DNA of 64,000 nucleotides, taken from NCBI GenBank assembly GCA_902569975.1, contig CACFWD010000003.1, positions 5,596-69,595 on the forward strand, written 5' to 3'. The stretch is from an uncultured Pelagibacteraceae bacterium. Its GTDB lineage: Bacteria; Pseudomonadota; Alphaproteobacteria; Pelagibacterales; Pelagibacteraceae. Shown here piece after piece: positions 44,664 to 54,911 of the stretch. Within the stretch, counting starts at the first letter, position 1; every line of letters starts with the position of its first letter. Position numbers and translations under genes: made by a program. Below the pieces are notes generated by a model. It was not told the DNA's origin. It saw only the letters and a list, made by a program, of their open reading frames with translations, and ran no database searches.

Positions 44664-45314
44664 ATGGGTGCAAACCTTGATATTACTGAAAAGTTGCAAA
44701 AATACATAAATGATTTTGGTTTAAATTTACATCCAGTTCAACAAGAGATCATTAATTATAATAAAACATTAGGTGATATCAAAAGAATGCAGATTGATCC
44801 TACTCAATGTCATTTCCTTCATCTAATTATAAAAATTTCAAATATAAAAAATGTTCTTGAGATTGGAACTTTTACTGGTCTTAGTGCACTCTCAATTTCA
44901 CTTGCTCTTCCTGATGACGGGAAATTAATTGCTCTTGATAAAAATGAAGAGACAAACAAAATAGCATTAGATTTTTTTAAAAAAGCTAAACAAGAACATA
45001 AAATTCAAACAATAATTAAACCTGCTCTTGAAGCTTTAGAAGAATTATCAAATAATAAATTTGATATGATACTTATTGATGCTGATAAAATGAATTATAA
45101 AGAATATTATGAAAAGTCTTTAGGTTTATTAAATAAAGGTGGATTAATTATCATCGATAACGTTTTATGGCACGGTGAAGTAGTTGATGAAAATAATAAT
45201 GATAAATTTACTTTAAATATTAGAGAATTTAATAAGCTTGTATCTGAAGATCGAAGAGTAGAACAAATCATTATTCCATTAGGTGATGGAATGACTGTTT
45301 GTAGGGTTTTATAA
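44664..45314 (+). CDS. Cation-dependent class I O-methyltransferase (CCoAOMT/YrrM-TrmR family)
   Basis: LEIGTFTGLS, FDMILIDADK, IIIDNVLWHG, PLGDG. Confidence 0.9.
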   Translation: MGANLDITEKLQKYINDFGLNLHPVQQEIINYNKTLGDIKRMQIDPTQCHFLHLIIKISNIKNVLEIGTFTGLSALSISLALPDDGKLIALDKNEETNKIALDFFKKAKQEHKIQTIIKPALEALEELSNNKFDMILIDADKMNYKEYYEKSLGLLNKGGLIIIDNVLWHGEVVDENNNDKFTLNIREFNKLVSEDRRVEQIIIPLGDGMTVCRVL

Positions 45315-46222
45315 TGTTTAAAGTTTTTGGTTTTTATAAATTTCTAAAGGTTAAATCTTTAAAAAAAAACAAAGATTTTTTACTGAAATTTCTTATTTCA
45401 AATCATATTAGAGGAACCATAATCATTGCTAAAGAAGGATTAAATGGTGCTATTTCTGGTAGCATTAAAGATATAGATAAAACTACCAAAAAAATAAAAT
45501 TTTTATTTTCATTTAAACAATTTGATAACAGCAACGAGTCTAAATCTAAATTTCAACCATTTCATAAACCCAAAGTTAAGATTAAAAATGAAATTGTTCC
45601 AATGAATTTAACTATTGGTTCTAAAGAGAGAAACATGGAAACTCATTTAAATCCAAAAGATTGGAATAAACTAATTAAGAATAAAGAAACTCACATAATT
45701 GATACTAGAAAACCTTTTGAATATAAGGTTGGAACTTTTAAAGGATCAGTAAATCCAAATGTAACTAATTTTAGAGATTTTCCTAAGTATTTAAATAAAC
45801 TTAAGAAAAATAAACCAGTTGCAATGTTTTGTACTGGAGGAATTCGTTGTGAAAAAACTTCTGTTTATTTAAAGAACAAAGGATTTAAGAATATTTATCA
45901 GCTAAATGGTGGAATTTTAAATTATCTAAAGAAGATAAAGAAAAATGAAAGTTTGTGGAAAGGTGAGTGTTTTGTATTTGATAATAGAATTAGTTTAAAA
46001 CATGGATTAAAGTTAGGCTCTTATTCTATATGTAGTGGATGTAGAATGCCTATATCTTCAAAAGATAAAAAATCAAATAAGTATGAAGAGGGAGTTTCTT
46101 GTCCAAATTGCTATAATAAATTAACTGAAATTCAAAAATCACGTTTTAGAATGAGACAAAGTCAGATATACAAAGCAAAACAATCTGGAAAAAAACATAT
46201 TTTTCAAAAAGAATTTAAATAA
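45314..46222 (+). CDS. trhO: Rhodanese-domain tRNA U34 hydroxylase (TrhO/YceA, UPF0176)
   Basis: GFYKF, EGLNG, DTRKPFE, GTFKG, MFCTGGIRCEK, GGILNY, GECFVFDNR. Confidence 0.88.
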   Translation: MFKVFGFYKFLKVKSLKKNKDFLLKFLISNHIRGTIIIAKEGLNGAISGSIKDIDKTTKKIKFLFSFKQFDNSNESKSKFQPFHKPKVKIKNEIVPMNLTIGSKERNMETHLNPKDWNKLIKNKETHIIDTRKPFEYKVGTFKGSVNPNVTNFRDFPKYLNKLKKNKPVAMFCTGGIRCEKTSVYLKNKGFKNIYQLNGGILNYLKKIKKNESLWKGECFVFDNRISLKHGLKLGSYSICSGCRMPISSKDKKSNKYEEGVSCPNCYNKLTEIQKSRFRMRQSQIYKAKQSGKKHIFQKEFK

Positions 46223-46230
46223 GGATAACT

Positions 46231-47601
46231 TTGTCTAAATCAATAAAATTAACTAAAGATCCAATTTGGACTCTATTAAGAAAAGTCACTATACCCGCAA
46301 GTGTTGGCTCATTATTTCAAACTTTTTATAATTTAGTTGATACTTGGTTTGCTGGTAGAATTTCTGCAGAAGCGATCGGGGCCATAGCAAAATCTTTTCC
46401 AATTTATTTTACTATAATAGCAGTTGGCGTTGGCTTAGGTGCAGCAACAAATGCTTTAATTGGTAATTCAATAGGTGAAAAAAAAGTAAGAATTGCTTCC
46501 ATGTATATTGCTCAATCTCTGATTTTTGCTTTAACTGTATCAATATTTGTAACTCTATTTGGTCTGAATGCTTCAAATTATCTATTAGGAGTTATGGGAT
46601 CTGATGCTGCGGGTATAGCATTAACAAGAGAGTATTTAGATATCATTTTTTATGGAACTTTTATTGTGTTAATTCAAATTTCATTAAACGGAACTTTAAA
46701 TGCTCAAGGTGACACAAGAAGTTATCGAAATGTTTTAATATTTAGTTTTTTTCTAAACATCTTTTTAAATCCTCTTTTTATATGGGGATATGGATTTATT
46801 CCTGGTTTTGGTATAGCTGGACTAGCAATAGCAACAGTAATTTCACAACTAATTGGAACAATTTACTTAGCTTACAAAGTTAATGATTGCAAAATTAGAG
46901 AGTATTTAAAATTACAATGCTTCATTCCCAAATTTAAATATTTAAAACCACTAACGACACAAGCAGTCCCCATTATGTTCAGTATGTTATTCATTGGGGT
47001 TGGTATATTTAATATTTTATATTTTATTGGCCAGTTCGGTGATCTAGCTACTGCTGGTTATGGTGCTGCATTAAGAGTAGAGCAAGTTTTTTTACTTCCA
47101 GTTATAGGTTTGAATACAGCGGTTCTTTCTATTGGTGGGCAAAATTTTGGTGCTAAAGCTTATGATAGAATTAGAGAACTTTACACCAAAGCTTTATTAT
47201 TTGGTTCTTCTTTTATGGCTATTGCTGGAATAATAATATTTTTCGGTGCAGAATTTTTTGTCTCTCTATTTACTGACAACCAAGAAGCAGTTGTGAGTGG
47301 AGCTATTTATTTAAAAATTGCAGCATTAATTGGACCAATTTATCCAGTATTCTTTATTACTACTGCTGTATTTCAAGCAGTTAAAAAACCTTTATACAGT
47401 CTTTATTTAAGCATTCTTAGATTAACTGCGTTTCCGTTTTTATGCTTATGGTACGTAATTAATATCAAAGGTGGTGATTACAAAGATATATTTTATACAA
47501 TCATGGCTACAAATTGGGCTATGGGGATTGTTGTTTTAATATTTATTGGTTATTTTCTAAATAATGTATTTAAACAAAACAAATCTCTTTTTAGTTATTA
47601 G
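46231..47601 (+). CDS. MATE family efflux transporter
   Basis: YNLVDTWFAG, GDTR, NIFLNPLFI, GQNFGA; about 12 TM helices; TTG start. Confidence 0.93.
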   Translation: MSKSIKLTKDPIWTLLRKVTIPASVGSLFQTFYNLVDTWFAGRISAEAIGAIAKSFPIYFTIIAVGVGLGAATNALIGNSIGEKKVRIASMYIAQSLIFALTVSIFVTLFGLNASNYLLGVMGSDAAGIALTREYLDIIFYGTFIVLIQISLNGTLNAQGDTRSYRNVLIFSFFLNIFLNPLFIWGYGFIPGFGIAGLAIATVISQLIGTIYLAYKVNDCKIREYLKLQCFIPKFKYLKPLTTQAVPIMFSMLFIGVGIFNILYFIGQFGDLATAGYGAALRVEQVFLLPVIGLNTAVLSIGGQNFGAKAYDRIRELYTKALLFGSSFMAIAGIIIFFGAEFFVSLFTDNQEAVVSGAIYLKIAALIGPIYPVFFITTAVFQAVKKPLYSLYLSILRLTAFPFLCLWYVINIKGGDYKDIFYTIMATNWAMGIVVLIFIGYFLNNVFKQNKSLFSY

Positions 47602-48043
47602 TATTTGTCTAATATTTTTTTTTCTTACTTATTTTGAGATTAAACCAAATGAGTTAAAAGTTATTGACGGTGATACTATTCACTTAAATGGAGAAAAAAT
47701 TCGCTTTAGTGGAATTGATACCCCAGAAATAAATCAAAAATGTATCAAGAATGACGAAATAATAGAGTGTGGCATTCAAGCTAAAGAATTATTAATTAAA
47801 AAGATTGGGAACAATGAAATAAATTGTATTAGAAAAGGGAAAGATCAATATAAAAGAATATTAGCTGAATGTTTTGTAAATGATTTAAGTTTATCAAGTT
47901 ATTTAGTGAAAAGTGGATATGCTTTTGCTTATAGAAAATACTCTAATAAATTTATTAAAGACGAAGATTTTGCAAGATTAAATAATTTAGGAATATGGTC
48001 GATGACTTTTGAGTATCCCTGGGATTGGAGAAAAAAAAATTAG
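47564..48043 (+). CDS. Thermonuclease (SNase-like) family protein with N-terminal signal/anchor
   Basis: VIDGDTI, IRFSGIDTPE, DQYKRILA, GIW...PWDWR. Confidence 0.9.
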   Translation: MYLNKTNLFLVISICLIFFFLTYFEIKPNELKVIDGDTIHLNGEKIRFSGIDTPEINQKCIKNDEIIECGIQAKELLIKKIGNNEINCIRKGKDQYKRILAECFVNDLSLSSYLVKSGYAFAYRKYSNKFIKDEDFARLNNLGIWSMTFEYPWDWRKKN

Positions 48044-48771
48044 TCTTTTTTTAATTTTTTTTCTAATCTTCTTACTAAATATGAAACAATTAATATCAAA
48101 ATCAAATATTCTAAAATTAAAAATGTATATATTTCTAATGGTCTATAAGTTGTAACAACAAGCTCATTAGCTTTTCTTGTTAAATCACCAATACCTATGA
48201 TAGAAACTAATGAGGACATCTTTAAAACATAAACAAATTGATTACCAATAGCTGGTAAAATATTTTTAATTGCTTGAGGAAGAATGACTAATTTTAATTT
48301 TCTAAAAAAATTTAATCCTAAAGAACTTCCAGCTTCCCATTGAGATTTTCTAATTGAATTTATTCCAGCTCTAAAGATTTCAGCTTGAAAAGCACTTTCA
48401 CTGATTGATAAAGCAATGATACCAGATACAAATGGACTAAAACTTATACCTGTCATTATTGGTAGGCCATAGTAGATCCATAAAATTAGAACTAATAATG
48501 GTATTGCTCTTACTATTTCCACATAACCAATATTTAGATAAGTTAAAAATTTATTCTTAGCTAAAGAGGGAATTGCAACAACTAGTCCTAAAAATATAGA
48601 AATAATTATTGAAACTACAGAAATGAAAATAGTTGTAGTTAAACCACTTAATAAAAACTTTAAATTGGTTAATCCCTCTATATTATTAGGTGATAAAATC
48701 AACCAATTAAGTTCACTCTTGCCACATGAAGTTAAAGGTAAAATTAAAAGTAAAAAAAATAAATTTCTCAC
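48040..48771 (-). CDS. Polar amino acid ABC transporter permease (HisM-like) with lipobox-like N-terminus
   Basis: YVEIVRAIPLLV, AEIFRAGI...QWEAG (EAA loop), ILPQA; GTG start. Confidence 0.93.
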   Translation of the reverse strand: MRNLFFLLLILPLTSCGKSELNWLILSPNNIEGLTNLKFLLSGLTTTIFISVVSIIISIFLGLVVAIPSLAKNKFLTYLNIGYVEIVRAIPLLVLILWIYYGLPIMTGISFSPFVSGIIALSISESAFQAEIFRAGINSIRKSQWEAGSSLGLNFFRKLKLVILPQAIKNILPAIGNQFVYVLKMSSLVSIIGIGDLTRKANELVVTTYRPLEIYTFLILEYLILILIVSYLVRRLEKKLKKD

Positions 48772-48811
48772 TCTTAAAGTTATAAAGAATTAAGAATTAA
48801 TTACTAATTGA

Positions 48812-49579
48812 TTATAAGCTTTTTAAATTATATTTAGCTAGTAACTTAGTAAAGAAGCCCGAAGATTTTTTCTTTTTAATCCAATCATTGACATAACTAT
48901 TCCATTTATCATCACCTTTTGGAACCATCATTGCTAAGAATGCTGGATTTTTTTCTCCATCTGGAACTATTGCTAATTGTGGGTATTTAATTACTAATTT
49001 ATTGGCTTCAGTAGAGCTTGTAATGTTTCCATCAGCTCTACCAGCTAAAACTTCTTGAAAATCTCTAGCAGGAGCTTCAACTGAATTTAATTTTGACTTA
49101 GGAAAAAATTCTTTTGCTTTTTCTTCTTGTGATGTACCAAGCGTAGTCGCAATAGTCACATTTGAATTATTAAGTGAGTCCCATGTTGAGAATTTTTTTA
49201 AATTTTTCTTAAGCACGAGTGGAACAGTTCCATACTTATAATACGTATCTGTAAAACCCGCTACTTCGGCTCTTTTAGGTGTTTTTGTTACACTTGTTGA
49301 AATATCATATCTTTCAGATGTGATGCCTGACACAATTGTCTTCCACTCAGCAGGTACAAATTCAATTTTAACACCCATATCTTTTGCTAGTTCATTCATT
49401 ACATCTATGTCGAAACCTTTATATTTATTAGTAGCTGGATCCTTCATTGTCATTGGATCCCAGTCGCCAGTTGTTCCAACTTTTAAAACTCCTGAGGATA
49501 GAATTTTGTCTAAATTAGACTCCGCGTTTAATGAAAAGGGTAAAAGAGCAAATATTGCTATAAGAAATAATTTTTTCAT
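48812..49579 (-). CDS. Family 3 solute-binding protein (cyclohexadienyl dehydratase-like)
   Basis: Signal peptide, [28 protein letters not shown]. Confidence 0.88.
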   Translation of the reverse strand: MKKLFLIAIFALLPFSLNAESNLDKILSSGVLKVGTTGDWDPMTMKDPATNKYKGFDIDVMNELAKDMGVKIEFVPAEWKTIVSGITSERYDISTSVTKTPKRAEVAGFTDTYYKYGTVPLVLKKNLKKFSTWDSLNNSNVTIATTLGTSQEEKAKEFFPKSKLNSVEAPARDFQEVLAGRADGNITSSTEANKLVIKYPQLAIVPDGEKNPAFLAMMVPKGDDKWNSYVNDWIKKKKSSGFFTKLLAKYNLKSL

Positions 49580-49614
49580 ATTTAATTTTAACTTATTTAA
49601 AAATATAAAAGAAA

Positions 49615-50178
49615 CTATAATCTTGACGCACTATCATTCATCCAGGAGAATAAATGTTGTGAAAATGATCGTCTAACAAAAAGATTAACTTCATTTTGGT
49701 TTTGATTATGAATAATTACATCAATTTTAGCGAGAATCGTTTGACTAACAGAACCTTTTTTAGATCTAAAAACATTATAATTGAAAGGAGATCCAGTCTC
49801 AAATAAGTCAAAAATTTTATCACCTTTGATATTTATCATAACAAATTGATCAGTAACATCTGTCACAGCACCTAAATTTGTTTTAGAAATATTTTTATTT
49901 AATAAATTTTCAGTTTCATAGTTATTACTTTCGGATTTTAAAGTTTCATTAGAGTGAATCATCCATTCATCCGGGCTTAGCCAAAGGGCAGTTAATTTTT
50001 CACTTCTTGATGATGTATTAGGTTCTGTTGGTAATAATAAATTTAATGATTTACCAACCGCAGATAAAAATTCTCTTTTTTTACCTCTTATAATTAATTT
50101 CATAACAGGTTTGATTTCATTCATTTGTAAACCTGAGTAAGATTTATCCTCGGTTATAACATTTGAGTAATTAAGCAT
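49615..50178 (-). CDS. soxG: Heterotetrameric sarcosine oxidase family, gamma subunit
   Basis: [20 protein letters not shown]; operon position. Confidence 0.92.
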   Translation of the reverse strand: MLNYSNVITEDKSYSGLQMNEIKPVMKLIIRGKKREFLSAVGKSLNLLLPTEPNTSSRSEKLTALWLSPDEWMIHSNETLKSESNNYETENLLNKNISKTNLGAVTDVTDQFVMINIKGDKIFDLFETGSPFNYNVFRSKKGSVSQTILAKIDVIIHNQNQNEVNLFVRRSFSQHLFSWMNDSASRL

Positions 50179-53176
50179 TTAATCTTTTATTTTCCTTGTC
50201 TAAAAAAACAGGGTCTGCAACTGTTACATTAATTTGTTTATTTTCCATTGGAATAATTAATTTTTGACCCATCATATTTTTTCCACCTTTTACAACTCCA
50301 AGAGCAATAGATTTTTTTAAGTTTGGACTGTAATAACTTGAAGTTACATGACCTAACATCTCAACTGGTGACTTATTAATATCGGCTACAATTTGTGCAC
50401 CTTCTTCTAAAATTTCATTAGGGTTTTCTGTAAGAAGACCAACTAATTGTTTTCTATCTTCTCTTATAGTATCAGATCTATATAAAGATCTTTTTCCTAT
50501 AAAATCATATTTCTTTTTACTTACTATCCAGTCCATTTGTAAATCTATTGGTGTCATAGTTGCATCAGTATCTTGACCAACAATAATAAAGCCCTTTTCA
50601 GCTCTTAATAAATGCATAGTTTCAGTACCATACGGGGTAATATTAAATTTTTTCCCTACCTCCATACATTTTTCCCACACTGCTTTACCAAAACTGGCTT
50701 GGACATTTATTTCATAGCTGTGTTCACCTGTGAAACTTATCCTCATAACTTTACATTTAATATTACCGATTTTTGCATTCTTAAAAGACATATGTGGAAA
50801 ACTTTCATCTGATAAATTTAGATCAGGTATTACTTGAGAAATAATTTTCTTGCTATTCGGTCCACAAACACTGACAGTAGCATAATGATCTGTTACAGAT
50901 GTTAGGTAAACATCTAATTCTGGCCACTCAGTTTGCAAATAATCCTCTAGTTTACTTAGAACAGTTGCAGCCCCGCCAGTTGTGGTTGTCATTATATAAT
51001 GATTTTCTTCTAATCTTGTTGTGACACCGTCATCATAAACCATACCATCCTCGTTCAGCATTAATCCATATCGACACTTTCCGATAGATAGTTTAGACCA
51101 AGCGTTGGTATAAACTCTATTTAAAAATTCAGATGCATCAGTTCCTTGTATATCAATTTTACCCAAAGTTGATGCATCTAATATACCAGCGCTATCTCTA
51201 GCAGCTTTACTTTCTCTTTGAACTGCATCATGCATACCTTCACCATTTTTTGGATAATACCAAGCTCTTTTCCATTGTCCTACATTTTCAAATTCAGCTT
51301 TATTTTTAACATGCCAATCATGAATTGGAGTTTTTCTAAATACATCAAAATACTCACCAACATTTCTCCCAACTATTGTTCCAAATGTAAGAGGAGTATA
51401 GGGTGGTCTAAAAGTTGTAGTGCCAAGTTCACCCATTTTAGACCCAGCTGTTTCAGATACAATTCCTAACGCATGCATATTACCGAGCTTTCCTTGATCT
51501 GTTCCCATACCCGTAGTTGTATATCTTTTTACATGTTCAATGGATCTAAATCCCTCTCGTAAAGCCAATTTAATATCTTTAGCTGTAGCATCATTTTGGT
51601 AATCAACAAATGATTTTGTTTTACCCAAAACTTTATCTGAAGGAAGCAACCATATATTTCTTTTTGATTTATTAAAAGATGAATTAACTTCAAGATTTTC
51701 ATAATCTGTTTTTTTTATATTTAAAAATTCTTTTAAAATTTTTGGAGCAGAAGATAATATTTCATCTAGTGTAAACTCACCATTGCATGAACCTATGCTT
51801 ATCTGATCTGAGGAATATTTATTAGGAATAAAAACTTTATCTTCTTCTCTAAATTTCAATTTTCCACCTGATTGTGTAAAAAGATGAACAGCAGGCGTCC
51901 ATCCTCCAGATATTCCAAGACAGTCACAATTAATAGATATCTTTGATCCTATCGCTTTTTCACCATCTTTAGAAAGTTGCATAATTGATACATTGTTTAT
52001 TTTTTTATAACCAGAGGTATCAACTACTGTATACCCTTTATAAACTCTGATTTTATTATTTTCAGTCTCTTTAACTAACTTCGAATCAACTTCTTCTCTA
52101 TTATCTATGACAGCTTCAATATTAATACCTTTTTGATTTAAATTAATTGCAGTTTCATATGCACTATCATTATTTGTGAATAAAACATTTTTTTCTCCAC
52201 ATGCTACACCATAAAAATTTGCATATTTGTCAATTGCTGAAGAAAGTAAAATACCAGGGCGGTCATTATTATTAAAAATTAATGGTCTTTCTAATGATCC
52301 AGTAGCGTTAATAACTTTTTTCGATCTAATTTTCAATAATCTGTGACGAATCTTATTAGCTCTTTGATTCACAGGTAGATGATCTGTTAAACTTTCTCTA
52401 GCTAATAAAAAATTATATCCATGAAATGCAGCTACACTGGTTCTTATTTTAATTTCTAAATTTTCAAATTTCTTAATTTCATTTATTTCTTTATCTAGCC
52501 AAGAACTAGAAATTTGATTATTAATTTTAAAATGCTCAGAATTTTGATAAATCGTTGATCCACCCAAATAAGGTTTTTCATCAACTAGAAGAGTTTTAAA
52601 TCCATTTTTTGCTGCGGTTTTTGCTGCCATAATTCCTGAAATGCCCGCACCAATAACCAAGACATCGCAATGAATATATTTATGTTCATAAATATCTGGA
52701 TCAGGTTTTGTTGGAGATTTACCCAATCCAGCGGATTTTCTAATAAAATATTCATATTTTTCCCAGAAACTTGCTGGCCACATAAAAGTTTTATAATAGA
52801 AGCCTGCAGGCAATATAGGGCTTAAAAAATTATTTATTCCACCTATATCAAAATTAACATTCGGCCAACAATTTTGACTTGAAGCTTCAAGACCTTCATA
52901 GATTTCTATCTCTGTAGCTCTTACATTCGGTTCAGTTCTAGATGTATTATCATGTAGCTGAACTATCGCATTAGGTTCTTCTGAACCTGCTGTCATTATT
53001 CCTCGCGGTCTATGATATTTAAAACTTCTTCCAACTAAATGAATATTATTTGCTAAAAGGGCAGATGCTAAAGTATCTCCTTTATATCCATAATAAGTTT
53101 TTCTATTAAACTTAAATGAAATTTTATATGTTTCGTCAATAAATTTACTCGTTTTTACTCTTAAACTTTTTGTCAT
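50171..53176 (-). CDS. soxA: Sarcosine oxidase family, alpha subunit
   Basis: GDTLASALLAN, RSFKYHRPRG, KRYTTTGMGTDQGK, C-terminal GcvT domain; 1001 aa. Confidence 0.95.
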   Translation of the reverse strand: MTKSLRVKTSKFIDETYKISFKFNRKTYYGYKGDTLASALLANNIHLVGRSFKYHRPRGIMTAGSEEPNAIVQLHDNTSRTEPNVRATEIEIYEGLEASSQNCWPNVNFDIGGINNFLSPILPAGFYYKTFMWPASFWEKYEYFIRKSAGLGKSPTKPDPDIYEHKYIHCDVLVIGAGISGIMAAKTAAKNGFKTLLVDEKPYLGGSTIYQNSEHFKINNQISSSWLDKEINEIKKFENLEIKIRTSVAAFHGYNFLLARESLTDHLPVNQRANKIRHRLLKIRSKKVINATGSLERPLIFNNNDRPGILLSSAIDKYANFYGVACGEKNVLFTNNDSAYETAINLNQKGINIEAVIDNREEVDSKLVKETENNKIRVYKGYTVVDTSGYKKINNVSIMQLSKDGEKAIGSKISINCDCLGISGGWTPAVHLFTQSGGKLKFREEDKVFIPNKYSSDQISIGSCNGEFTLDEILSSAPKILKEFLNIKKTDYENLEVNSSFNKSKRNIWLLPSDKVLGKTKSFVDYQNDATAKDIKLALREGFRSIEHVKRYTTTGMGTDQGKLGNMHALGIVSETAGSKMGELGTTTFRPPYTPLTFGTIVGRNVGEYFDVFRKTPIHDWHVKNKAEFENVGQWKRAWYYPKNGEGMHDAVQRESKAARDSAGILDASTLGKIDIQGTDASEFLNRVYTNAWSKLSIGKCRYGLMLNEDGMVYDDGVTTRLEENHYIMTTTTGGAATVLSKLEDYLQTEWPELDVYLTSVTDHYATVSVCGPNSKKIISQVIPDLNLSDESFPHMSFKNAKIGNIKCKVMRISFTGEHSYEINVQASFGKAVWEKCMEVGKKFNITPYGTETMHLLRAEKGFIIVGQDTDATMTPIDLQMDWIVSKKKYDFIGKRSLYRSDTIREDRKQLVGLLTENPNEILEEGAQIVADINKSPVEMLGHVTSSYYSPNLKKSIALGVVKGGKNMMGQKLIIPMENKQINVTVADPVFLDKENKRLNA

Positions 53177-53454
53177 TATTTATTTGGTGGAGGTTTTTCG
53201 CCCATTTTATAAACTGCTTTAATAATATCATTTGATGTATCTCTTACAACGTTAAACCATTTTCTGCATCCATGTGTATGTACCCATCTTTCGAATTGAA
53301 TACCTTTTATATTTTTTCTCATAAACAGATACTCTGCCCATTGATCATCACTTAATTCGGTTGGTTGTTTAGGTCTTACTATATGAGCTTCACCACCTGC
53401 TTTAAATTCACTTTGTTCTCTTTCTCCACAATAAGGACAATTAATCAAAAACAT
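53176..53454 (-). CDS. soxD: Sarcosine oxidase family, delta subunit
   Basis: CPYCG...ERWVHTHGCRKWF Zn motif. Confidence 0.95.
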   Translation of the reverse strand: MFLINCPYCGEREQSEFKAGGEAHIVRPKQPTELSDDQWAEYLFMRKNIKGIQFERWVHTHGCRKWFNVVRDTSNDIIKAVYKMGEKPPPNK

Positions 53455-54707
53455 TAGTGTGCCACTGCTGCTGCGCCGTGTTCATCAACTAGATCACCAC
53501 TTACAAATCTGTTTAAATTAAATGCAGCATTTAGTTTATGTGGTTCATTATTTGCGATAGTGTGTGCAAACAAATCACCCGAACCAGGTGTCGCCTTAAA
53601 TCCTCCAGTACCCCAGCCACAATTGAAATATAATCCTTTAATTGGTGTTTTGCTTATTATTGGACTTGCATCAGGACAAATATCAACAATACCTCCCCAT
53701 TGTCTCAACATCCTCATTCTACTAAATATGGGATATAATTCTAGTATTGCACTTAAAGTTCCCTCAACAATATCATGGCTACCTTTCTGAGAATAAGAGA
53801 CATAATCATCTGTACCAGCACCGATGACAAGTTCACCTTTATCTGATTGACTCACATAGGCATGAACTGCATTAGACATAACAACTGTATCAATTATAGG
53901 CTTCACTGGCTCCGAAACTAATGCTTGTAAAGGTTTACTTTCAAGTGGAAGTTTTAAACCAGCCATGTTTGCTATTACACTTGAATGTCCTGCAGCAGCA
54001 ACCCCAATTTTTTTTGTTTTTATATATCCTTTTGAAGTTTCCAAACCTTCAATGCTATCTACATTTCTTTTAATTCCTTTAACCTCACAATTTTGAATAA
54101 TATCAACTCCCATTTCGTCTGCACCTCTAGCATAACCCCATGCGACTGCATCATGTCTAGCAGTGCCAGCTCTTTTTTGTAGCGTACCTCCTAAAACAGG
54201 ATATCTTATGTCAGGTGAAGTATTGATGATTGGACAAAATTTCTTAACTTCTTCAGTTGACAAATATACTGCATCAATTCCATTTAAACGGTTTGCATGA
54301 GTTCTTCGTTTAAGGTCTCTAACATCTTGCAGGTTATGAGCTAAGTTCATAACACCTCTTTGACTGAACATTACATTATAATTAAGTTCTTGTGATAGGC
54401 CTTCCCAAATCTTTAGAGCATGATCATAAAGACCAGCGCTTGCATCCCATAAATAATTTGATCTTATGATAGTTGTATTTCTTCCTGTGTTTCCTCCACC
54501 TATCCAACCTTTTTCAACGACAGCAATATTTTTCATATTATGTTTTTTTGCTAAATAATAAGCAGTAGCTAAACCATGTCCACCGCCTCCAACAATTACA
54601 GCATCATATTCTTTTTTAGGTAAAGGATCTTTCCAGGCTTTCTCCCAATTCTCATGATAAGAAAACGCATTTTTAATTAATGAAAATATTGAATATTTTT
54701 TTTTCAT
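53454..54707 (-). CDS. soxB: Sarcosine oxidase family, beta subunit
   Basis: [47 protein letters not shown]; ATG at 54707. Confidence 0.95.
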   Translation of the reverse strand: MKKKYSIFSLIKNAFSYHENWEKAWKDPLPKKEYDAVIVGGGGHGLATAYYLAKKHNMKNIAVVEKGWIGGGNTGRNTTIIRSNYLWDASAGLYDHALKIWEGLSQELNYNVMFSQRGVMNLAHNLQDVRDLKRRTHANRLNGIDAVYLSTEEVKKFCPIINTSPDIRYPVLGGTLQKRAGTARHDAVAWGYARGADEMGVDIIQNCEVKGIKRNVDSIEGLETSKGYIKTKKIGVAAAGHSSVIANMAGLKLPLESKPLQALVSEPVKPIIDTVVMSNAVHAYVSQSDKGELVIGAGTDDYVSYSQKGSHDIVEGTLSAILELYPIFSRMRMLRQWGGIVDICPDASPIISKTPIKGLYFNCGWGTGGFKATPGSGDLFAHTIANNEPHKLNAAFNLNRFVSGDLVDEHGAAAVAH

Positions 54708-54770
54708 AGAATTCTGAATAATTACTTTATTAATATTCAATATTCAATAGAATCAAATGTGTCAAAATAA

Positions 54771-54862
54771 GGAAGAGTGGGTGAGAGGCTTAAACCAGTC
54801 GTTTGCTAAATGACCGTGCGAGGAAACTTGTACCGAGGGTTCGAATCCCTCCTCTTCCGCCA
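54771..54862 (+). tRNA. tRNA-Ser(GCT)
   Basis: GGAAGAG...CTCTTCC-G-CCA, anticodon loop TTGCTAA, long variable arm, GTTCGAATC. Confidence 0.96.
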
Positions 54863-54911
54863 GAATAATGAATATAAAAATAATAAGATTTTTATAATCA
54901 AAAATACAGTA

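Noticed and set aside
31901-54740. Longer N-termini given by the ORF track for panC, ugd, pyrB, gatC and soxB
   Set aside because: Family similarity begins at downstream ATGs (32716, 33563, 40894, 41443, 54707); the extensions overlap promoters or neighbouring genes.
54708-54770. Possible glycine or other riboswitch upstream of soxB
   Set aside because: 63-nt AT-rich spacer shared with the tRNA-Ser promoter; no aptamer motifs.
54873-54896. TATAAAAAT-N6-ATTTTTATA hairpin after tRNA-Ser
   Set aside because: A/T-only stem, easily arising by chance at this composition; too weak to call a terminator.
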